Below, one piece after another: positions 45,435-53,981 of a stretch of 64,000 nt of DNA. This DNA is from a bacterium BMS3Abin06. GTDB taxonomy: Bacteria; Nitrospirota; Thermodesulfovibrionia; UBA6902. The notes below the pieces were generated by a model that was not told where the DNA came from, did no database searches, and worked only from the letters and a program-made list of their open reading frames with translations. The translations under genes and the position numbers were made by a program. The stretch is from contig BDSY01000027.1 of NCBI GenBank assembly GCA_002897895.1, forward strand, positions 4,644 through 68,643, in the 5' to 3' direction. Numbering within the stretch: position 1 is the stretch's first letter; each line of letters opens with the position of its first letter.

Positions 45435-48107
45435 ATGTTAGACAAACGATACAATCCGAAAGAGATAGAAAAAAAATGGTATGACTTCTGGCTTGAGAAG
45501 GAATATTTCAAAGCCGAACCTCAAAGCAACAAGACTTCGTATTGCATAGTTATCCCTCCACCAAATGTTACAGGTTCCCTGCATATCGGCCATGCACTCG
45601 ATATTACTCTTCAGGATGTAATGATCAGATGGAAGAGGATGTCGGGGTTTAATACACTCTGGCTGCCGGGGACTGACCATGCCGGCATTGCGACACAGAA
45701 TGTTGTTGAAAAAGACCTTCAAAATCAGGGAATAGACAGGCACGCACTCGGCAGGGAAAAATTTATTGAAAAGGTCTGGGAGTGGAAGAAGTTGTATGGA
45801 GACACGATAATAAATCAGCTTAAAAGCATGGGGGCTTCATGCGACTGGAGCAGGGAGAGGTTTACTCTTGATGAGGGATTGTCTATGGCTGTTAAAGAGG
45901 TTTTCGTCAGGCTCTATGAAGAGGGACGTATCTATAGAGGTGATTACATTATAAACTGGTGCCCGCGGTGCCATACTGCTTTATCCGACCTTGAAGTAGA
46001 ACATGAAGATAAAAAAGGCAAGCTCTGGTATATAAAATATAAATTTGCACGTGAAGCCGGATATATAACAGTTGCAACTACAAGACCTGAGACGTATCTG
46101 GGGGATACGGCAGTTGCAGTGAACCCGGATGATAAAAGATATAAAGATTTTATAGGAAAAACCGTTAAGCTGCCGGTTTTAAACAGGGAGATTCCAATAA
46201 TAGCAGACGGGTTCGTTGATTCCTCTTTTGGCACTGGCGCTGTAAAAGTCACTCCTGCTCATGATCCGAATGATTTTGAAATGGCTAAAAGACATGATCT
46301 TCCATTTATAAATATAATGACCGGCGATGCAAAGATGACAGAGGAAGCAGGTCCATACAGCGGGCAGGACAGGTTTGAATGCAGAAAGAATGTCCTTAAT
46401 GATCTGGAAGACCTTGGTCAGCTTGAAAAGGTTACGGATCATGATCTGGCAATAGGCCATTGTTACAGATGCAAAACAGTTGTCGAACCGTACCTTTCCA
46501 AACAGTGGTTTGTAAAAATAAAGCCCCTTGCCGAAGAGGCAATTAAAGCTGTAAAAGACAGCCGTGTCAGGATCATTCCGTCCGGGTGGGAGAATAGCTA
46601 TTTTGACTGGATGGAGAATATCAAGGACTGGTGCATATCGAGGCAGATATGGTGGGGACACAGGATTCCGGTATGGTACTGTAAAAGTTGCGAAGAGATA
46701 ATTGTATCAAGAGAGACTCCCGCAAAATGCAAATGCGGGAGCGAAAATTTAAGGCAGGATCAAGATGTGCTTGATACATGGTTTTCATCGGCGCTCTGGC
46801 CGTTTTCTACTCTTGGCTGGCCTGATGATACGGATGACCTCAAAACGTTTTATCCCACAAGCGTCCTGATTACGGGTTTTGACATCCTTTTCTTCTGGGT
46901 TGCTCGGATGATTATGATGGGATTGAAATTCATGAATAAACAGCCGTTCGATCATGTTTATATTCATGCCCTCATCAGAGACGCTGAAGGCCGGAAGATG
47001 AGTAAATCAAAGGGCAATGTTGTCGACCCTCTGAAGATGACCGGGATATACGGCACTGATGCACTCAGGTTTACGCTTGCAGCATATGCAGCGCAGGGAA
47101 GGGATATAAAGTTTGATGAGAAGAGGGTAGAGGGGTACAGGCATTTTCTCAACAAGATATGGAATGTTGCAAGATTTATTTCAATGAACATAAAAGAAGG
47201 CGAAGAAATCATTTCCGTACCGGAGTTATGCAGGAATGATTCGCAAATCGCCCTTACCCTTGCCGACAGATGGATTTTAAGCCGTTTGTCAAAGGTCTGT
47301 TCGGAAGTAAACAAATCACTTGAAGATTACAGATTTAATGACACGGCAAGTATTTTATACCGGTTTATATGGCACGAGTTGTGCGACTGGTATGTTGAGA
47401 TGATAAAGCCTGAATTATATGGTGAAAATGAGGAATCGAAAAAGGCTGCAATAAGTACATTGGTGCATGTTTTTGAAGCGGCGCTTGCCCTTATACATCC
47501 TTTCATGCCGTTTATAAGTGAAGAAATATGGCAGCAGCTCCCGGGGAAAAAAGAAGTCGACAGCCTCTGTATCCGTAAATATCCGACTCCGGAAGATGGA
47601 ATTGAAGACAAAGAGGCTGAGGAGAAAATGTCTGTTATTATGGATGCCGTAACCGCCATAAGGAGCATAAGAGGTGAATTGAATATATCACCTTCGCTCG
47701 AACTCAGGGCATTGATCAGGACCTTTGACAGCGCAGAGGCTATACTGAATACGAATATCACCTATGTTAAAAAACTGGCTAAAGCTAAAGATATTGAAAT
47801 CGGCAACGATGTTCAGTCACCCAAAAATGCGGCCACTGCAATTAAACCTGCCATGGAGATATTTGTTCCCCTGAAAGGCTTAATTGATATCGATACAGAA
47901 ATAAACAGGTTAAATAAAGAACTGGCCAGGACTGAAAAGGAACTAATGTTCGTGAAAAAAAAGCTTGCCAATGAAGATTTCATAAGCAAGGCGCCCAGGG
48001 CCGTTGTGGAGGAGAATAAAGCCAGGCATAATGATTATGTAGAAAAATTGCAGGGTATACGGAATAGTATTGAAAAGCTTGAACAATGGGGGAAACCGGA
48101 AGGGTGA
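45435..48107 (+). CDS. valS: Valine--tRNA ligase
   Basis: PPPNVTGSLHIGH, GTDHAGIATQ, DWCISRQ, KMSKS. Confidence 0.98.
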   Translation: MLDKRYNPKEIEKKWYDFWLEKEYFKAEPQSNKTSYCIVIPPPNVTGSLHIGHALDITLQDVMIRWKRMSGFNTLWLPGTDHAGIATQNVVEKDLQNQGIDRHALGREKFIEKVWEWKKLYGDTIINQLKSMGASCDWSRERFTLDEGLSMAVKEVFVRLYEEGRIYRGDYIINWCPRCHTALSDLEVEHEDKKGKLWYIKYKFAREAGYITVATTRPETYLGDTAVAVNPDDKRYKDFIGKTVKLPVLNREIPIIADGFVDSSFGTGAVKVTPAHDPNDFEMAKRHDLPFINIMTGDAKMTEEAGPYSGQDRFECRKNVLNDLEDLGQLEKVTDHDLAIGHCYRCKTVVEPYLSKQWFVKIKPLAEEAIKAVKDSRVRIIPSGWENSYFDWMENIKDWCISRQIWWGHRIPVWYCKSCEEIIVSRETPAKCKCGSENLRQDQDVLDTWFSSALWPFSTLGWPDDTDDLKTFYPTSVLITGFDILFFWVARMIMMGLKFMNKQPFDHVYIHALIRDAEGRKMSKSKGNVVDPLKMTGIYGTDALRFTLAAYAAQGRDIKFDEKRVEGYRHFLNKIWNVARFISMNIKEGEEIISVPELCRNDSQIALTLADRWILSRLSKVCSEVNKSLEDYRFNDTASILYRFIWHELCDWYVEMIKPELYGENEESKKAAISTLVHVFEAALALIHPFMPFISEEIWQQLPGKKEVDSLCIRKYPTPEDGIEDKEAEEKMSVIMDAVTAIRSIRGELNISPSLELRALIRTFDSAEAILNTNITYVKKLAKAKDIEIGNDVQSPKNAATAIKPAMEIFVPLKGLIDIDTEINRLNKELARTEKELMFVKKKLANEDFISKAPRAVVEENKARHNDYVEKLQGIRNSIEKLEQWGKPEG

Positions 48108-48110
48108 TCA

Positions 48111-48150
48111 AAGGCAGGCACAAAGGGGCAAAGGCACAGAGGCACAAAGT
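48111..48150. repeat. GGCACAAA-type half element between valS and nadC
   Basis: aaggcaggcacaaaggggcaaaggcacagaggcacaaagt. Confidence 0.65.
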
Positions 48151-48153
48151 ATA

Positions 48154-49008
48154 ATGACGGATAATATTTATAATCAGATTGATGCAGTTATTATAAATGC
48201 CCTCAAAGAGGACATAGGCAGCGGTGATGTAACAACATTATCTTTAATCCCTGAAGATAATGTTTCCGAGGCTGTTTTTATCTCTAAAGAAGATTTGGTC
48301 CTGGCAGGCCTGCCGTTTGCAGAAAGAGTCTTTCAGTTAGTTGATAAAAGTCTTAAGTTCAAAACTCTCAAAAGAGAAGGGAGCCGGGTCAGGGCAGGCA
48401 GTGTTGCAGCAAGAATCAGGGGGAAGACTAAAAGTCTCCTGATTGCCGAGAGGACGGCCCTGAACTTCTTGCAACGGCTTTCCGGGATTGCAACTCTTAC
48501 AAGTAATTATGTTAAAGCCGTCAAAGGACTGATGGTTAAAATTACGGATACCAGAAAAACCGCTCCGGGACTCAGATTTTTTGACAAATATGCAGTCAGA
48601 ACCGGGGGAGGGAATAATCATCGCTGCGGGCTTTTTGACGGGGTGCTGATTAAAGATAATCACATTGCGGCAGCAGGAGGCATTGGAAAGGCGGTAAAAC
48701 TGGCCCGGTCAAAAGTGCATCATCTGTTAAAGGTTGAAGTAGAGGTGAAGAATATCCCGGAGCTGAAAGAGGCATTAACAGCAGGCGCAGACGTTATCAT
48801 GCTTGACAATATGTCTGTCGGCATGATTAAAAAAGCGGTCAGTATCATACATAGCAAAGACCCTGCTGTAATAATAGAGGCATCGGGCAATATAAATCTG
48901 GAAAATGTGCGCAGGATAGCGGAAACCGGAGTAGATATGGTCTCTATAGGGGCGCTTACTCACTCTGCTCCTGCTGTGGACATCAGTCTTGAGATTACTT
49001 CCGCATGA
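48154..49008 (+). CDS. nadC: Nicotinate-nucleotide diphosphorylase (start ATG 48154)
   Basis: EDIGSGDVT, ERTALN, DTRKT, LIKDNH, IMLDNM, EASG. Confidence 0.96.
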   Translation: MTDNIYNQIDAVIINALKEDIGSGDVTTLSLIPEDNVSEAVFISKEDLVLAGLPFAERVFQLVDKSLKFKTLKREGSRVRAGSVAARIRGKTKSLLIAERTALNFLQRLSGIATLTSNYVKAVKGLMVKITDTRKTAPGLRFFDKYAVRTGGGNNHRCGLFDGVLIKDNHIAAAGGIGKAVKLARSKVHHLLKVEVEVKNIPELKEALTAGADVIMLDNMSVGMIKKAVSIIHSKDPAVIIEASGNINLENVRRIAETGVDMVSIGALTHSAPAVDISLEITSA

Positions 49009-49020
49009 ATGTTAATTAGT

Positions 49021-49050
49021 TTGACAAGTAGCTTATGCACTCCTTATAAT
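49021..49050 (+). promoter_or_regulatory. Sigma70 promoter of the DUF177-rpmF-plsX-fabH operon
   Basis: TTGACA-N18-TATAAT. Confidence 0.75.
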
Positions 49051-49083
49051 TTAAAGTCTATTTTGATGCGGAAGATCTTTGAT

Positions 49084-49605
49084 ATGCGGCTAAATGTTTC
49101 TGATATTCCTGATGATGGATTGCAGGCGGAACTGGATCTGCCTGTTGAAATAAGCGGCAGTGCCGGACCTGAAGTTGTGCATGTCCGTATAAACGCCTCC
49201 AGATTCGGTAAGAAGATATTAATTGAAGGCTCTTTAAAGATGTCTTTGTCACTGGAATGCAGCCGTTGTTTGAAGGAATATTCTTTTCCTCTGGATCTGG
49301 CTTTCAGAGATGAGTATAACCCGGTTGAGGAATTTGAAAATGAAGATGAACAGGAATTAACAGGCAGGGAATTGGATATCAGTTCTTATAGTAATGATGA
49401 AATAGATATTTCGGAATTGATAAAAGAGCAGGTCCTGTTAAATGTCCCCATGAAACCCCTCTGCAGATCCGACTGTCAGGGGATATGTCCGGGATGCGGA
49501 AAGCATTTAAATGAGGGATCATGTGAATGTAAAGCAAAAGAAATAGACCCGAGGTTAGCTCCTCTTAAAAAACTTAAAGAATCGATGAAAGATCAGGATG
49601 TCTGA
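49084..49605 (+). CDS. DUF177/YceD family protein (start likely ATG 49084; the longer ORF overlaps the promoter)
   Basis: ECSRCL, PMKPLCRSDCQGICPGCG, DPRLAPL; upstream of rpmF. Confidence 0.9.
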   Translation: MRLNVSDIPDDGLQAELDLPVEISGSAGPEVVHVRINASRFGKKILIEGSLKMSLSLECSRCLKEYSFPLDLAFRDEYNPVEEFENEDEQELTGRELDISSYSNDEIDISELIKEQVLLNVPMKPLCRSDCQGICPGCGKHLNEGSCECKAKEIDPRLAPLKKLKESMKDQDV

Positions 49606-49634
49606 CCACACAGATATAAATCAAGGAGGAAACA

Positions 49635-49826
49635 ATGGCAAATCCAACTTCTAAACATACCAGGTCCAGGAGAGACAAAAGACGTGCTAACTGGAAGATC
49701 AGCGCCCCTAACGTAACCGTTTGTCCTGATTGTCAGGAGCCGAAACTTCCGCACAGGGTCTGCATGAGCTGTGGAAGTTACAATGGAAAAAAGATACTTG
49801 AAGTTGTTGAAAAAGAGCCTGTATGA
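49635..49826 (+). CDS. rpmF: 50S ribosomal protein L32
   Basis: MANP..KHTRSRRDKRRA, CPDC..PHRVC..CG.Y. Confidence 0.97.
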   Translation: MANPTSKHTRSRRDKRRANWKISAPNVTVCPDCQEPKLPHRVCMSCGSYNGKKILEVVEKEPV

Positions 49827-50857
49827 AAATAGCCTTAGATGCAATGGGCGGGGATTTCGCCCCTGCTTCAACTGTTGAAGGTGCGATTGGTGCAATTAAC
49901 GAGTATCAGGACCTTTCAGTCATACTTGTCGGTGATGAGACGAAAATAAAAAAAGAGCTTGATGAAAGGGATTGTTCCAATCTGCCGGTCAGCATCAGGC
50001 ATGCTTCCCAAACAGTGGAGATGGATGATTCTCCACTTTCAGCGCTCCGGCACAAAAAGGATTCTTCTATAAGAATAGCTATAGATATTGTGAAATCCAA
50101 TGACGCCGACGCCATGGTCAGTGCAGGGAATTCAGGTGTGGTAATGGCTACGGCGCTTTACGTTCTGGGAAAACTTCCGGGCGTTGAAAGACCTGCCATA
50201 GCTACAGTAATGCCGAGCCTGAAAGATCATTTTGTGCTGCTGGACGCCGGGGCAAATGTGGATTGCAAACCGCTTCACCTCTATCAATTTGCGATTATGG
50301 GAGAGGCCTACGCAAGTTTCATTTTTGAAAATGACAATCCCAGGGTCGGACTCCTGAGCATAGGCGAGGAGGATGCAAAAGGGAATGAACTTACGAAAGA
50401 GTCATTTAAACTGATAAAAAATTCATCTGTTAATTTTATAGGAAATATTGAAGGCCAGGATATTTTTTCGGGTGAAGCGGATGTTGTAGTGTGTGACGGC
50501 TTTGTAGGTAATATTGCCTTAAAGGTCAGCGAGGGGCTGGCTGAAACAATAGCCGTGATGTTAAAAAGAGAGATTATGGAAAAGGCGGCATCGGCCGGGA
50601 AGGAAGGCGCACTGTTAATAAAAGAGGCATTCGCTAATTTAAAGAAGAGGACTGATTATTCCGAATACGGCGGGGCTCCGCTTTTAGGAATCAGTAAACC
50701 ATGTATAATCAGTCACGGCCGCTCAACGGCAAAGGCAATAAAAAATGCCATCAAAGTTGCCGGCGTTTTCCATAAAAAACGTATCCTTGATGTTATTTCA
50801 AAGGAATTTAACGAAGGGCTTTCACGGAGGGAGATAATAGTTGCGTCTGAAAAGTAG
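49823..50857 (+). CDS. plsX: Phosphate acyltransferase PlsX
   Basis: DAMGGDFAP, SAGNSG, DAGAN, GFVGN, HGRS. Confidence 0.97.
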   Translation: MKIALDAMGGDFAPASTVEGAIGAINEYQDLSVILVGDETKIKKELDERDCSNLPVSIRHASQTVEMDDSPLSALRHKKDSSIRIAIDIVKSNDADAMVSAGNSGVVMATALYVLGKLPGVERPAIATVMPSLKDHFVLLDAGANVDCKPLHLYQFAIMGEAYASFIFENDNPRVGLLSIGEEDAKGNELTKESFKLIKNSSVNFIGNIEGQDIFSGEADVVVCDGFVGNIALKVSEGLAETIAVMLKREIMEKAASAGKEGALLIKEAFANLKKRTDYSEYGGAPLLGISKPCIISHGRSTAKAIKNAIKVAGVFHKKRILDVISKEFNEGLSRREIIVASEK

Positions 50858-51824
50858 GATAACAGGCACCGGCTCTTATGTCCCTGCAAAGATACTTGAT
50901 AATTTTGATCTGGAAAAGAAAGTAGACACATCGGATGAGTGGATTATCGAAAGAACAGGCATCAGGGAACGAAGAATTGTTGAAAATGATGAAACCACAT
51001 CCGATCTCTCCCTGGAAGCTTCAAAAAAAGCGCTTCAGGCAGCGGGTATTAAACCGAAAGAAATTGATCTGATTATTGTTGCAACAATGACCGGCGATAT
51101 GCCGATGCCTTCAACCGCATCGTTCCTGCAGAAAAAACTCGGCGCTAAAAATGCCGGGGCGTTTGATCTTAATGCAGCATGCAGTGGGTTCCTGTATGGC
51201 CTTTCAGTTGCGGATAATTTTATAAAGGCAGGCACATTTAAAAAAGTGCTTCTTGTCGGAGCCGAGGTGATGTCAAAATTCCTGGACTGGAAGGACAGGA
51301 CGACATGTGTATTATTCGGCGACGGAGCAGGCGCTGTGGTGCTGGAGACAACAAACGGGAAAAGAGGAATATTATCAACTCATATTTATTCAGACGGTAA
51401 CTTGTGGGATTTTATTTGTCTGCCGGGGGGTGGCTCTAAACATCCCCCTTCATTAAAAACAATAAAAAACAGGATGCATTTTGTAAAGATGAAGGGTAAT
51501 GAGACATTCAAGATAGCTGTCAGGACACTTGAAAAGCTTGTTGTAAATACATTGAAGGTGAATAATGTAAAGCCGTCCGAGCTTGCAATGCTGATCCCCC
51601 ATCAGGCGAATCTCAGGATAATAAGCGCAACCGCCAAAAGGCTTAAGCTGCCTATGGGCAAGGTTGCCGTAAATCTTGATAAATATGGAAACACATCAAG
51701 CGCATCAATACCGATCGCCCTTGATGAAGTGGTGAGAGACGGAAGAATCAGGAATGGAGATTACATTCTTTTAGAGGCATTCGGCAGCGGACTGACCTGG
51801 GCATCGGCGTTAATTAAATGGTGA
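50841..51824 (+). CDS. fabH: Beta-ketoacyl-ACP synthase III
   Basis: AACSGF, PHQAN, GNTSSAS. Confidence 0.97.
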   Translation: MRLKSRITGTGSYVPAKILDNFDLEKKVDTSDEWIIERTGIRERRIVENDETTSDLSLEASKKALQAAGIKPKEIDLIIVATMTGDMPMPSTASFLQKKLGAKNAGAFDLNAACSGFLYGLSVADNFIKAGTFKKVLLVGAEVMSKFLDWKDRTTCVLFGDGAGAVVLETTNGKRGILSTHIYSDGNLWDFICLPGGGSKHPPSLKTIKNRMHFVKMKGNETFKIAVRTLEKLVVNTLKVNNVKPSELAMLIPHQANLRIISATAKRLKLPMGKVAVNLDKYGNTSSASIPIALDEVVRDGRIRNGDYILLEAFGSGLTWASALIKW

Positions 51825-51825
51825 T

Positions 51826-51958
51826 AAAAATAAAAAATAAAATATCAAAAATCAAAATTGTGGGAAAAAATTTGTAATTGCCTATGTATCCCCCTTTGGC
51901 AAAGTGGGATAAAGAAAATATGCCTGAGCAGTTACAAAAAGTTTTATTTTTGATTTTT
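51826..51958. repeat. Nested inverted-repeat element
   Basis: Outer aaaatca-type heptamers vs atttttgattttt; inner tttgtaattgc / gcagttacaaa; central hairpin atccccctttggcaaagtgggat; shares the cctgag.agttac end with 3828-3980. Confidence 0.55.
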
Positions 51959-51972
51959 CCGGAGGGGGTTGA

Positions 51973-53130
51973 ATGGACTATTTTTTAAATGAAGAACAAT
52001 TGATGATAAGAGATCTGGCACGGCAGATAGCTGAAGAAAAGGTCATGCCTGTCAGGGCTGAGCTTGATGAAAAAGAAGAATTCCCATGGGATATTATGAA
52101 TAGTCTTGCACAGTCGGATTTTTTCGGACTTTATATCCCCGAGGAATATGGAGGATTTGGAAAAGGGAGCTTTGAATTAATACTGGCTATCGAAGAACTG
52201 AGCAGGGCCTGTCTCGGGGTATCGACAACATATGCGGCAAATGCGCTCGGAACTTATCCGATCCTTCTTTACGGTTCAGAGGAACAAAAGAAGAAACACC
52301 TTCCCGACATTGCATCAGGCAAAAAGCTCGTTGCATTTGCACTTACAGAGGCAAGCGCGGGCAGTGACGCTGCAGGCGTGCAGACTACAGCGAAACTTGA
52401 AGGCAATGAATATGTCCTTAACGGGACAAAGCAGTGGATAACCAATGGCGGCGAGGCTGAAATTTATACCGTGATTGCAATGACGGACAAGAGCAGAGGG
52501 GCAAGGGGGGCATCCGCTTTTATTGTTGAAAAAGGCACCCCGGGATTCAGCTTTGGCAAGAAAGAAAAGAAGATGGGTATAAGGGCATCATCGACAAGGG
52601 AGCTGTTATTTGAAGACTGCCGTATCCCCAAGGAAAATATTATTTCCAGACAGGGGATGGGTTTTATAGTGGCAATGAAGACCCTTGATAGTTCGAGGAC
52701 AGGGGTCGGCGCCCAGGGAGTCGGCGTTGCGCAGGGGGCGTTTGAAACAGCAGCGTCTTATGCAAAAGAGAGACAGCAATTCGGGCAGCCGGTAATCAGT
52801 ATCCAGGCTGTCCAGCACATGCTTGCCGATATGGCGACCAATATTGAAGCGGCAAGGGCTTTAGTATATTCAGTCGCCAGATTTATAGACAGCGGCGCCA
52901 GAGATGTGTCGAAGAATTCTGCAATAGCAAAGCTGTTTGCTACGGATGTTGCAATGAAAGTTACTATAGACGCAGTGCAGGTAATGGGGGGAGCAGGGTA
53001 TATGAGGGAGTATCCCGTTGAAAAGATGATGCGTGATGCGAAAATCCTGCAGATATATGAAGGGACAAACCAGATACAGAAAAATGTTATCGGCCAGGCA
53101 CTAATAAAAGAGACGGCAAAGAAAAAATAA
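51973..53130 (+). CDS. Acyl-CoA dehydrogenase
   Basis: FALTE..AGSDA, KQWITNG, R.QFG, MGGAGY, IYEGTNQIQ. Confidence 0.95.
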   Translation: MDYFLNEEQLMIRDLARQIAEEKVMPVRAELDEKEEFPWDIMNSLAQSDFFGLYIPEEYGGFGKGSFELILAIEELSRACLGVSTTYAANALGTYPILLYGSEEQKKKHLPDIASGKKLVAFALTEASAGSDAAGVQTTAKLEGNEYVLNGTKQWITNGGEAEIYTVIAMTDKSRGARGASAFIVEKGTPGFSFGKKEKKMGIRASSTRELLFEDCRIPKENIISRQGMGFIVAMKTLDSSRTGVGAQGVGVAQGAFETAASYAKERQQFGQPVISIQAVQHMLADMATNIEAARALVYSVARFIDSGARDVSKNSAIAKLFATDVAMKVTIDAVQVMGGAGYMREYPVEKMMRDAKILQIYEGTNQIQKNVIGQALIKETAKKK

Positions 53131-53194
53131 ATGCAATTTATTTGATACAATATATTTATAGTAAAAATAACGTAACATGATATAAGAGCGGATT

Positions 53195-53539
53195 ATGAAG
53201 GCAAAAAATATATTCATGTTTTTAATCGTTATGCTTTTAACCGGACTTCTGGGTTGTGTCCCTTATCTTTCAAAAAGGTCTGCCGGTGTTCAAATAGAAG
53301 ATAATACGAAAATATTTAAAAATTGCAAATTAAAGGGCACTGTGAAAGGCTCAGCTTCTGTAGGATTGACAAAAGCCCACAAGGTTGAAATCGCCATAGA
53401 CGAGATAAAGAGCAAAGCCGCTCTTTTAGGGGCAGACACAGTCCTCATAGTCAGCAAAGAATCCATGTTTAAAGAAACGGTAATAACAGGCAGAGCTTAT
53501 GACTGTCCGCCCAGACTCATGATCAGATCATTCTTCTGA
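53195..53539 (+). CDS. Lipoprotein, DUF4156-like
   Basis: Lipobox LLGC; C..KG.V...AA.LGADTV...G.AYDC. Confidence 0.7.
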   Translation: MKAKNIFMFLIVMLLTGLLGCVPYLSKRSAGVQIEDNTKIFKNCKLKGTVKGSASVGLTKAHKVEIAIDEIKSKAALLGADTVLIVSKESMFKETVITGRAYDCPPRLMIRSFF

Positions 53540-53757
53540 TTATTACCCATAAAATCTTCCCTTTGGTCACAACTCTGCCGGGATCAAGAGATATTTCCAT
53601 TGCCGATACGAGGGTGTCTTTCTTTTCCCCCACAGCGTATTTCCTTGTCACTCATTTGTTGTGTCTGAATCGCAAAATATTACCATGCTATCTTGTTTGA
53701 TACAAAAAAGGTATGATAAACTTAATCCGTTAACTTGTTGCTGAAGGGAGAGAATGT

Positions 53758-53946
53758 TTGATGAAACAGATGATAGCCCTGGTGATTTCTTTAATAATTG
53801 CCGGATCATTGTTATTTACAACAAGCTGTAAAAAGGCTGAATCTCCTGAATCTTCCAGGGATAAGACTACAGCTTCCGCTCCTCAGAAGCCTGCGTTTAA
53901 TCCGGATGAACCGGCTCCTGTTCCGGAGGGTACACCGCCGTATTAA
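53758..53946 (+). CDS. Small Pro-rich lipoprotein
   Basis: Signal peptide ending TTSC, low-complexity tail, upstream GGAGA SD. Confidence 0.6.
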   Translation: MMKQMIALVISLIIAGSLLFTTSCKKAESPESSRDKTTASAPQKPAFNPDEPAPVPEGTPPY

Positions 53947-53981
53947 GGATTTTTAAAGGAGACCGGCAAGTCACATCTTTT

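Noticed and set aside
48070-48153. N-terminal extension of the nadC ORF
   Set aside because: It is translated repeat sequence overlapping valS; the real start is probably 48154
53541-53655. Minus-strand fragment (...VVTKGKILWV) resembling a PilZ remnant
   Set aside because: Too short, needs a frameshift, and the similarity is not convincing
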